Shown here in pieces: positions 32,701-42,100 of a stretch of DNA of 64,000 nt. Source of the stretch: an uncultured Acidobacteriota bacterium. Lineage in GTDB: Bacteria; Acidobacteriota; UBA6911. Under the pieces are notes generated by a model. That model saw nothing but the letters and a program-made list of their open reading frames with translations. It ran no database searches and had not been told where the DNA came from. Position 1 is the stretch's first letter; every line of letters starts with the position of its first letter. The position numbers and the translations under genes are program-made. The stretch lies in contig CAWHCF010000010.1 in the NCBI GenBank assembly GCA_963827655.1, positions 96,001 through 160,000 of the forward strand. Direction: 5' to 3'.

Positions 32701-32992
32701 CTCCAGACAGCCACGTCTTGAAGCCCGTAAGCGACGCGGCAACGGAGTAGAATCCTCTCGGCAGAGCCAGCACCTCAAAGTTCCCGCCGGAATCGGTAAC
32801 CACCATTTTCTTCAAGTTGGTGTCAACATTCGTCACGGTCACTTCCGCTCCGGCGATGACGGCGCCCGATGAGTCTTTGACGACGCCCAGTATGGCGCCT
32901 TCGGTTCCGACCTGGGCTAGCAGCGTGGAATTGGCCGCGAAAACCAGCAGCGATACTCCTAATCCCAATCGCAGAACTAACTGCTTTCTCAT
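29775..32992 (-). CDS. TonB-dependent receptor (CarboxypepD-type); frameshifts at ~32710 and ~31745
   Basis: Signal peptide + GVVKDSSGAVIAGAEVTV; LPLNGRN; TRSGSNAFHGTLWEFHRN; FSPRLGIAW; C-terminal RSMQLGMKFVF; assembled from three ORFs. Confidence 0.88.
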
Positions 32993-33108
32993 GCAAGTCT
33001 CCTCGCTCAGTTCATTCAACCGGGTCCACTCGAGCCATTTGTGGACAGCCGCCCCTCGACTGTTGAATGGGTAGATGTCTCCCATGCAGTCTTTGCCAGA
33101 ACGTCCTC

Positions 33109-33137
33109 CGTATAAATCGTCTGATTATTGGAGTCAA
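33109..33137 (-). promoter_or_regulatory. sigma70-like promoter candidate for the TBDR
   Basis: TTGACT, 17 nt, TATACG; the spacer contains the imperfect palindrome aatcagacgatt. Confidence 0.4.
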
Positions 33138-33296
33138 GCGCAAATTCAAAGTTCGTCCAGAATGTCTCCTGTAGAACTCGAATCCGACAGGGGTGATCAG
33201 GGGTGCGGAAGCACCCCTGGAGTTTGGCCATTTCACGGGTCGACCTTGGAGTGCGGTAGCTTGCTCTGAACCTTACACGCATCTCGATCGGTCTTG

Positions 33297-33520
33297 GGGA
33301 TTTCGCCCCAGAGGGGCGACGGCAAATTAGCCCCGGGCAAGCGAAGCGCAGTCCGGGGTTTGCGGGATTATAAGTCCAAGGCGCCCTGGAGGGGCGCAGG
33401 AGCATTGAGGGCAAGCGTCCAGCGCCCCTCGCACGGGCGCGTCTCTTTGCTGGTGTAGCCCGGGCGGCAGCGCTTCGCCTGGCCCGGCTTAATTTCCTTC
33501 GCCCTGTTCAGGGCAAAGGC
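33297..33520. repeat. Complete composite REP-like element (inverted pair of CGCCCC..GGGGCG units)
   Basis: tcgccccagaggggcga..aaattagccc..caagcgaagcg / cgcttcgcc..taatttccttcgccct; the second half matches 6500-6620. Confidence 0.75.
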
Positions 33521-33754
33521 GGCCCTGGAGTCCCGCGCCGACAGCTTTGTCACATGCGGCTCCTGCTCGCTAACCGCCGCGCTGCACGCGGATGCCGAAC
33601 CGGAAACTCACGCAAATTTCGCAACCTGGGGCGCTTCCCACATGGTAAAGTCCACCGTACTTGAGCGGGCGGTGGTGAACCTGCCCGGCGCGACAGATAA
33701 CTTCCCGGAGCTGAACGCCGGGCGCGAGTTCGGTCGCTCGTCCCCATTCTTTCC

Positions 33755-35803
33755 ATGTTTCTCGGAGATTATCGTACGGCTTTGAGAGGAAACCGCAAAA
33801 ACGGCTCGGCACTTCGATTGCTTCTAGTTGCCGCCTGCCTGTTTGCCGCTCTGGCGGCGCCGGCCGCCGAGAAGCCCTGGACAGTCGATGCGCTGATGCG
33901 CATCAAGACAGTGGCCGATCCCCAGATCAGTCCGGATGGGGCCCGAATCGCCTACGTGGTGCGCTCGGCAAACTTTGAGCGGAACGCGTACGACTCGGAA
34001 ATCTGGATAGCGCCGGCCGACGGAGGCAGGCCACAGCGGATTACCCAGCCTCACACCTCCGACGACCTGCCACGCTGGTCGCGCGACGGTCGCCTCGCCT
34101 TCGTCTCGCGCCGTAACGGCGCGGCCCAGATCTACATCCTCCAAAAAAACGGGGGCGTACGCCAACTGACGAGTTCGCCGACGGCCGTGACCTCCTTCAA
34201 ATGGTCGCCAGACAGCAGCAGCATTGCGTACATGGCCGTCGATCCGATCCCGGCGGACGAGCAGGCGCTTCAGCGCCGCGGCAGCGATCCGGTGGTTGCG
34301 GACCGGGTCTACCGCTACACGCGCATCTATGTGACTCGCGTGACGGACCTGCCCGCTGGACCGGCGCGGCTGCTGACGCGCGCGGATCGGCACGTCCTCT
34401 CGTTCGATTGGTCCCCGGACGGCGCCAGGATCGTCTACGCCGGGCAGGCTACACCGAGGAATCGGGACGCCTTCAACGTGGACCTGCATGAGATCGAGGT
34501 GGCGACGGGCCGCGACAGCGCGCTCGTGGAGCAGCCGGGCCGCGACGGCAACCCGAGCTATTCGCCGGACGGGCGCCTGGTTGCCTTCCACTCTCAGGCC
34601 GGTACAAACAACTACTTCGAGGCTCGTCACATAGGCATCGCTCGCTCCGGAGGGAGCGCCGTCCGGTATGTAACCGAGAAGCTCGATATCGACGTCTTTC
34701 GCGGCGGCAACGAGTTTTCGTGGTCCGGCGATGGGCGCCAGCTCATTTTCGGCGGAGGCAAGGGTACGCACGATGAACTGGTCGCTCTGGATTTGGAGGC
34801 GCTCACGTTGACGCGCCTGGTCACGGCGGTGGCCGGACCGTCAAGCTTCAGCGCGAGTGGCGACGGGCAGCGCATCGCGTTTCTGCGCGCGAGTCCCACG
34901 GCCCCGCCGGAGGTTTGGCTTCTCGACCGGCGGCACGTAAAGCCCGAAGAGCGTCAGATCTCGCGCGTGAACCCGCAGATCTCAGAATACTCGAGTTTCC
35001 AAACCCGGACCCTGGGCTGGAAGTCGAAGGACGGCCTCCAGATCGAGGGAGTTCTCCGACTCCCGGTCGGATACGGATCCGGGGCGCGCGTACCATTGCT
35101 GGTCGAGCTTCACGGCGGTCCCACCGGTGTGGCGCTCGAGGATTACCCCGTTCCCCGGACCTATCCGACCCAGCTCTACCTCCAGGCCGGTTTCGCCGTG
35201 CTGGCTCCGAACTTCCGGGGCAGCTCGAACTATGGCGCGTCCCTGCGTCTTGCCAACATCAAGTCGCAGGGTTTCGGAGACATGGACGATGTAATGGCCG
35301 GGATCGATCACCTCGTCGCGCAGGGCATCGCCGATCCGGACCGCCTGGGTGTCATGGGCTGGAGCTATGGGGGATTCCTCAGCATCTGGATCGTGAGTCA
35401 CTCGCAGCGGTTCAAGGCAGCTTCGATTGGCGCCCCGACGACCGATTGGATCTCATGGTATGGCGAGAGCGACGGCGCGAAAGAAGTTCTTTGGACCTAC
35501 TTCGGGGGCAAGCCGTGGGACAACTGGCAGACCTACAACCGGCATTCACCCCGCTACTCGCTCATCGACGTGAAGACACCGTCACTGCTGCTCCATGGCG
35601 AGAAGGACATCGACAGCACACCGGAAATCTTCTACGCGCTGACGGACCTTCAGGTGCCGGTGGAGTTCGTCACCTATCCGCGCGAGGGGCACGGCATCGG
35701 GGAGCCTTGGCACCAGCGCGACCTGCTCGAGCGGAACCTGGGCTGGTTCCAGCGCTGGATGGGGGGGGCCGATCCCCTCTTTCGACGATCCTCAGGAAAA
35801 TGA
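33755..35803 (+). CDS. S9 family peptidase (dipeptidyl aminopeptidase/acylaminoacyl peptidase) with PD40 propeller
   Basis: HGGP, PNFRGS, GWSYGG nucleophile, LLHGEKD, YPREGH. Confidence 0.93.
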   Translation: MFLGDYRTALRGNRKNGSALRLLLVAACLFAALAAPAAEKPWTVDALMRIKTVADPQISPDGARIAYVVRSANFERNAYDSEIWIAPADGGRPQRITQPHTSDDLPRWSRDGRLAFVSRRNGAAQIYILQKNGGVRQLTSSPTAVTSFKWSPDSSSIAYMAVDPIPADEQALQRRGSDPVVADRVYRYTRIYVTRVTDLPAGPARLLTRADRHVLSFDWSPDGARIVYAGQATPRNRDAFNVDLHEIEVATGRDSALVEQPGRDGNPSYSPDGRLVAFHSQAGTNNYFEARHIGIARSGGSAVRYVTEKLDIDVFRGGNEFSWSGDGRQLIFGGGKGTHDELVALDLEALTLTRLVTAVAGPSSFSASGDGQRIAFLRASPTAPPEVWLLDRRHVKPEERQISRVNPQISEYSSFQTRTLGWKSKDGLQIEGVLRLPVGYGSGARVPLLVELHGGPTGVALEDYPVPRTYPTQLYLQAGFAVLAPNFRGSSNYGASLRLANIKSQGFGDMDDVMAGIDHLVAQGIADPDRLGVMGWSYGGFLSIWIVSHSQRFKAASIGAPTTDWISWYGESDGAKEVLWTYFGGKPWDNWQTYNRHSPRYSLIDVKTPSLLLHGEKDIDSTPEIFYALTDLQVPVEFVTYPREGHGIGEPWHQRDLLERNLGWFQRWMGGADPLFRRSSGK

Positions 35804-35970
35804 GGCTGAAAGTTGACCGAATTCCGCCAGTCTCTCCAAGCTCCTGTTCCTGTTTCTTCGACGCTCTAACCACGAAGACGCCAAGACCTGAGAAATTGAA
35901 TCGAAGTTGACCCGCCCACGCCTGCTGAATTACAGTCGAGACTACTGATCCGTACAACGGAGGTAACTGA

Positions 35971-37237
35971 ATGCCTAGCCGAAGGGAATTCGCGCGCTTG
36001 TTTGCCGCCGGAGGTTCGGCGGCGCTTTTCTTGCACCCAGCCTTTGCCGACAAGACCAAACCGTTCGTCCCGTCGCCCGTCGTCAACGAGGGTTTCTGGA
36101 AAACGGTGCGGGAGCAGTTTCTCATGCCGCCGGGCATCGCGGTGCTGAACGCCGCGAACCTCTGCCCGTCGCCCGCGCCTGTGCTCGAAGCCATGTACAA
36201 GACCACGCGCGAGCTCGACCGCGAGCCTTCGTCGTCCTATCGAGCGGGCTTGCTCGACGTCAAGGAAGCCACGCGGCGCAAGCTGGCCGATTTCCTTCGG
36301 GCCAGTCCTGATGAGATCGTGATCACGCGCAACACCAGCGAATCGAACAACCTGGTCTCGAGCGGTCTCGACCTCAAGGCCGGCGACGAAGTCGTCGTGT
36401 TTTCCGACAACCACCCGAGCAACAAGACGGCCTGGCAGGAGAAAGGCAAGCGTTTCGGTTACTCCGTGCGAACCATCGACATCGTCAACCCGCATCCGGG
36501 CGCCGACTATTACCTCGAAGCTGCGGCACGGCAGCTCGGCCCGCGCACCAAGGTGCTCGCGTTCAGCCATCTCACCAATACCGTCGGAGACCTGTTTCCG
36601 GCGCGCGAGCTCTGCCGGCTGGCGCGCGAGCGCGAGGTCTTGACCCTCATCGATGGAGCCCAGTCGTTCGGGTTACTGGATGTCGACCTTAGTGATATTC
36701 AACCCGACTTTTATACCGGGAGCGCCCACAAGTGGCCCTGCGGACCCAAAGAGGCAGGTGTGCTCTACATCAACAAGCGATCGCACTCGGAAGATCTGGC
36801 CCAGCATTTACAGCGCGTTTCCGGGAGCCACCGGAATATCCAAGAGCTTCGAGTGTTTCGGGCAGCGTGATGACGGAGCTATGGCCGCTTTCGGCGCTGC
36901 GATTGACTTTCAGGTCAAAGTGGGCCGCAAGAACATCGAGGATCGGGCGCGGCAGATCGGCCAGGCGTTCGTGCAGGAGCTGGGAAAAATCAGCGACGTG
37001 AAGCTCTGGACCCACGCCGATCCCCAGCGCACGGGGCCGGTCGTGACGTTTCGACCGGGCGAGCTGAAATCCGAGAAGCTGGCCCAGGTCTTGTTCGAAA
37101 AGGAAGGTGTCATCTGCGCAGTCCGCGGAGGGAGCGATCGTCCCGGCATCCGCTTCTCCCCGCACTTCTACAACTCGCATCGGGAAGTCGAACGCGTAGC
37201 CGCCGCTATCCGCCGATACATGGCCTCCGGGTTGTAA
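35971..37237 (+). CDS. Tat-exported class V PLP enzyme (isopenicillin-N epimerase/PvdN-like); frameshift at ~36790
   Basis: SRREFARL Tat motif; TRNTSE; IDGAQ; SAHKW (PLP lysine); RFSPHFYN. Confidence 0.88.
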
Positions 37238-37342
37238 TATCGCACGCCGGTTCAGCAAGCTGCCCGCCTTTGACGTAGCCGTCCGTCTGAGTCTAGAAAG
37301 AGGACCTCGAGCCCTATTACTTATCGACCAGGGGGGACAACG

Positions 37343-37534
37343 GTGAAATCAAAACCCAGACAACAGTCGCAAAACGATGAGGTTTTTTTTGAAGGTGTGG
37401 ACGCTGCTTTACGCAGAGCCGCGAAACGTGCCCGGGAAGTGGCGATCCGGACCGGCACACCCCTGGTGATTTACCGGAACGGAAAGATCGAAAAGCTCAA
37501 GATGGCACGCGGCGGGAAATCGAAATCAGTCTAA
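37343..37534 (+). CDS. Small hypothetical protein resembling partners of zeta-toxin/AAA ATPase pairs
   Basis: DAALRRAAKRAREVAIRTGTPLVIYRNGKI pattern; GGGGG RBS. Confidence 0.6.
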   Translation: MKSKPRQQSQNDEVFFEGVDAALRRAAKRAREVAIRTGTPLVIYRNGKIEKLKMARGGKSKSV

Positions 37535-37694
37535 TTTTGGAGCAGGCACGAGCCAGATTCCAAAACGGCGTTCTCACTGCCCCGCCCGACGGCTCGATCG
37601 AATCATGAGGGCTAGCAATGCCGCGAAGTAAGGTCCCCGAACGGTCACTCCAGCAGCACATCACGGGAATCAACAATTGCTTCGGAGGCACGTA

Positions 37695-38093
37695 ATGACA
37701 GACTCGCAAGTCGAGAAGGAAATAGATAGCGTGGAACAGGAATTGATAGATGCGGCGAGACGGCAGGACGCCGCTGCCCTGGACCGCATCGTCGCTGACG
37801 ACTTCTTGATTACGAGTGACACCATGGCAGACAAACTCGGAGATAAAAAGCTATACCTTGCGGAATGTCTGGCCTCTGGAACCATCGAGGGGGGGTCTGC
37901 CAGCTACGACAAGGTGAAAGTGCGAGTGTACGGAAATACCGCCATCGTGAATTCAATATTCAAGTATCAAGTTACCATTGCAGGCGAGGAACATGGCGGT
38001 GTATTTCTCTCGACAAAAGTATGGGTAAAGAATGGCGAACAGTGGCAATTTGTCGCTTGTCATTCACATCGATTGCCAGAGGCAGCTTTGTGA
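37695..38093 (+). CDS. NTF2-like (DUF4440) protein
   Basis: DAAALDRIVADDF..KVRVYGNTAIV..TKVWVKNGEQWQFVACH. Confidence 0.85.
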   Translation: MTDSQVEKEIDSVEQELIDAARRQDAAALDRIVADDFLITSDTMADKLGDKKLYLAECLASGTIEGGSASYDKVKVRVYGNTAIVNSIFKYQVTIAGEEHGGVFLSTKVWVKNGEQWQFVACHSHRLPEAAL

Positions 38094-38179
38094 ACTGCTT
38101 TGGGGAGTTGAAGGCATCCTTCCAGGCTTGTAAGGATTGACGCGCAAGAGCCCACCAGCGAGGCAAAGCTTCGAAGACG

Positions 38180-38251
38180 TTAAACGCGATACTTGGCCAG
38201 CGTCTTGTCATTCAGGGTGATGCCGAAGCCCGGACGCTGGGAGAGAAGACG
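38180..38251 (-). pseudogene. Relic C-terminus of a mandelate racemase/muconate-lactonising enzyme family gene
   Basis: SQRPGFGITLNDKTLAKYRV* resembles the PGLG-x-x-(L/I)-(N/D)...KYRV terminus of MR/MLE proteins; bounded upstream by a stop. Confidence 0.5.
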
Positions 38252-38275
38252 TCAGAGAAAGATCATCGGATTAAG

Positions 38276-38310
38276 CCTAGATCCTGAATCCTAGATCCTG
38301 AATCCTGATC
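38276..38310. repeat. Short heptamer tandem repeat (ATCCTAG/ATCCTGA)
   Basis: cctagatcctgaatcctagatcctgaatcctgatc. Confidence 0.6.
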
Positions 38311-38347
38311 TTGATTAAGCCCGATCCCGTCCGTTAAGATCATCGCT

Positions 38348-39027
38348 ATGCGGGCACTTTTGAAGCGCTTCTTGACGTGGTTGGGCGGGATCCTGCCGGA
38401 ATCCCTGGTCTGGAAACTGCACATGGCCGGCAAACATGTTCACACCGGCTGGTGGATGAAGGACCATGACTTCTCCTGTGACGTGAGAGTGCGTCATCGA
38501 GAACAGGTGATCGAGGCGATGGCGCGGCCCATCGCCGACAAGCAGGTTCTGTACCTCGAATTCGGCGTTTTCCACGGCGGCTCCATGCGCCAGTGGGTCA
38601 AGTGGCTTAAAAACCCAAAGTCAAAACTTCGCGGGTTCGACAGCTTCGAGGGGATCCCCGAAAACTGGAGCGGCTGTGATCAAAAAAAGGAGAACTGACC
38701 ACGGGTGGCGTCATGCCGAACATCCCGGACGAAAGGGTCCGGTTTATCAAGGGATGGATCGAGGACACGCTGCCAGTCTACAAGATGGAAGAAAACGAAG
38801 TCCTGGTCATTTTTATTGATACCGATCTGTACTCGTCGACCTACTTCGTCCTGAAGCACCTCAAGGATTACTTCAAAGTCGGCACCCTTTTCTACTTTGA
38901 CGAGTTTGCCGTAGTAGAGCACGAGCTGCAGGCGTTCGATAACTTCATCCGCGAGTCGGGCATGAAGTTCGAATTGATTGCGGCCGACTACGGCATGATG
39001 AACGTTGCCTTCAGACGCGTCGGTTGA
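38348..39027 (+). CDS. TylF/MycF-like class I SAM-dependent methyltransferase; split at an A7 run (38682-38688)
   Basis: YLEFGVFHGGS, GFDSFEGIPE, then FIKGWIEDTL, IDTDLYSST, FDEF. Confidence 0.85.
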
Positions 39028-39126
39028 TGCACTCTGAGCCTCGCGTTTGACTCAACTCGAAATCGAGCACTCCTCCCCGGGGATCCGCAGCTTAATCGCC
39101 AAGAGGCGACGACACCAGAGTTTAAG

Positions 39127-42100
39127 ATGAGATCCCGAACTTTCTTGATTCTTTTGCTTGGCATCCATGCTCCGCTCGGGGCGCAGGAGGCCGCGCGCGT
39201 GGAGCTCTTTTCCCCTCAGGGGACGGTCAAGCAGGTGCGCCAGGCGCGGGCGCGCTTTTCAGAGCCCATGGTCCCCTTCGCTGATCCAAGGGCCGCCGCC
39301 CAACCTTTTGTGATTGACTGCGCCGAGAAGGGAACCGGCCGTTGGGTCGACGCCAGAAACTGGGTCTACGACTTTGAAAGGGACCTCCCCGCCGGTGTCC
39401 GGTGCGAGTTCAGGATTCAGGACAGCCTGAGAACCGTTAGCGGCAGGACTCTGGGCGGGGAGCAAAGATTCGCGTTTTCAACGGGCGGACCGGCCATCAT
39501 CGCGTCGTTCCCGCCTGAAGGCTCAGAACGCATTGACGAAGCGCAGATCTTCGTCCTTGAACTCGACGGTGAAGCTACCGAAAGCTCTGTTCTCGCCAGT
39601 GTGCGGTTCGATGTGGAAGGACTGGCCGAGCGCATCGGAGCGCGGATAGTGTCGGGGACCGAGCGCGAGCAGATACTCAAGACCTCCCACTATCGTTACC
39701 GAAAACCGCTTCCCCCGCTCCTTTTAATCCAGGCCCGGCAGCGATTCCCCGCCGGATCTGCAGTCACGCTGATCTGGGGCAAAGGAGTGGCCGCGGCCAG
39801 CGGCGTCGCTACCGAATCGGACCTCACCCGAGCCTTTGTCACACGAACTCCATTCACTGCCAGTCTCAACTGCCCGCGGGAAAATCCCGACGCCGACTGC
39901 ATACCCATAACTCCGGCGCGCCTGACATTCTCCGCGCCGGTCGCGGCCTCCGAAGCCCGGAAGGCAGTGGTAAGGGGCCCGGGGAACCGCCGCTGGCTCG
40001 CCGAGATTGCCGAGTCTGAAAAGGATGATCCGTACGTTCACGCAGTCTTCTTCAAGGGCCCTTTTCCGGAGCGTGCCGCCTTTACGCTCGAGATTCCTGC
40101 GGGCCTCAAGGACGACTCCGGACGAAACCTGACCAATTCGGATAAGTTCCCGCTTTCGTTTCGCACCGATGCCTATCCTTCGCTGGCGAAGTTTGCGGCC
40201 GACTTTGGAATTGTGGAGGCAAAGCCGAGGGCGCTGCTTCCGGTCACGCTCAGGAATGTCGAGCCGTCAGTTTCCGCTCGAGCGTTTGAGGTCCTGGGCG
40301 GGGAAGAGAACACCGATCCACCCGCTCCCGCCCGGCCGGACGAAGACATGGCTGCAAAGTTGAGAGGCAGGATCTTCCGGGTTCCGCCCGACAGGGCCGG
40401 TCAGATGCTCGACTGGATCAAGAAGGTATCCGGCCGCGGCTGGGAGGATCGGGAAAAGTCGGTCTTCGGGCCCGTAACGGCCGCGAAAACCAAGCCGTTC
40501 ACCGTCCCGAAACTCCATGGCCCGAAAGCCTTCGAAGTCGTCGGCATTCCATTGCCGAAGCCCGGGTTTTACGTGGTCGAAATCGAGAGCGGGATCCTTG
40601 GAGCCGCCCTGCTCGGCGCCGCCAAGCCGATGTTCGTGCCCACCGCGGTTCTGGCCACGAACCTCTCGGTCCATTTCAAGTGGGGGCTCGAATCGTCGCT
40701 CGTCTGGGTAACGGCGCTCGACACCGGCAAACCGGTAAGCCAGGCCGCAATCGTGATCCGCGACTGTGGCGGAAAGCCGCTCTGGGAAGGACAATCCGAC
40801 CGGGACGGCATTGCCCGCGTCCAGACGGTTCCTCCGCGCGGCACCTCGCAGCAATGCGGCGATTATCCCCTGGAAGGCGGCCTGCTCGTCAGCGCGCAGC
40901 TCGGGGACGACATGGCTTTCGTCCACACCAGCTGGAACGACGGCATCGAACCGTGGCGTTTTCAGCTTCCGACTGAATACGAGACCAGCCTGGTCGCGGC
41001 ACACACAATCTTTGACCGAACCCTGCTACGTGCCGGCGAGACTGTGCACATGAAGCATATCCTGCGCCGGCATGTCAGTTCCGGCTTTTCAAGAGTGCCT
41101 GAAAATGAACGACCGGGCGCCGTCATCATGACCCATTGGGGGAGCGATCAGAAGTATGAATTCCCCCTTCGATGGGATCCGGCAGGGATCGCCGAGACCG
41201 CCTGGAAAATTCCGAACGAGGCCAGGCTGGGAAACTATCAGGTGACCCTTGCAACCAACGGGCGCGCGGGCCATCACTCCGGGGAATTCCGAGTCGAGGA
41301 GTATCGCGTGCCCCTGATGAAAGGGGCGATTCAGACGCCTTCGCGGATGCTGGTCGCGCCAGCTTCAGTGCCACTCGACCTTACGGTCAGTTACCTGGCA
41401 GGGGGAGCCGCCGGCAATCTTCCCGTGAGGCTGCGCCATGTCGTCCAACCGAGAGCTGCGACGGTCTTCCCGGCGTTTGACGACTTCCATTTCTCGAATG
41501 GAAAACTAAAGGAGGGCCTGATTCGTCACGGGGCGGAGGAGGGAGAGCCTCAAGAACGGAAGCCTTTTGAGCTGAACAGCACCGATCTCACTCTCGACAG
41601 GCAAGGCTCGGCACGGACGGTGATATCAGAACTGCCCGGGCTCGAGAAGCCGATGGAGATTCTGGCCGAACTCGAGTTCCGCGATCCCAATGGCGAGACC
41701 CAGACGGTTTCGTCCCGTATCCCGCTCTACCCCGCTGATCGTCTCGTCGGCATCAAGCCGGCTTCGTGGTTAACTTCCGAGCAGTCGGCGCTCCGGTTCC
41801 AGGTTGCGGTGGTCGATTTGAGCGGCAATCCGATCGCCGGGGCCCCTGTGCGGGTTGATTTATTCGAACGAAAGACATATTCCCATCGGAAACGCCTGGT
41901 CGGAGGATTCTACGCGTTCGAACACGCCACCGAGACGCGACGGGTCGGCGGCCTGTGTGAGGGAAAGACCGACCAGCGCGGGTTGCTCCTCTGTGACAAG
42001 CGGTCGCCCATTTCCGGAAACTTGATTCTCCAGGCCACCACAGCTGACAGCGCCGGCCGCGAAACCACCGCCAACCGCGATATCTGGGTTGCCGGCAAAG

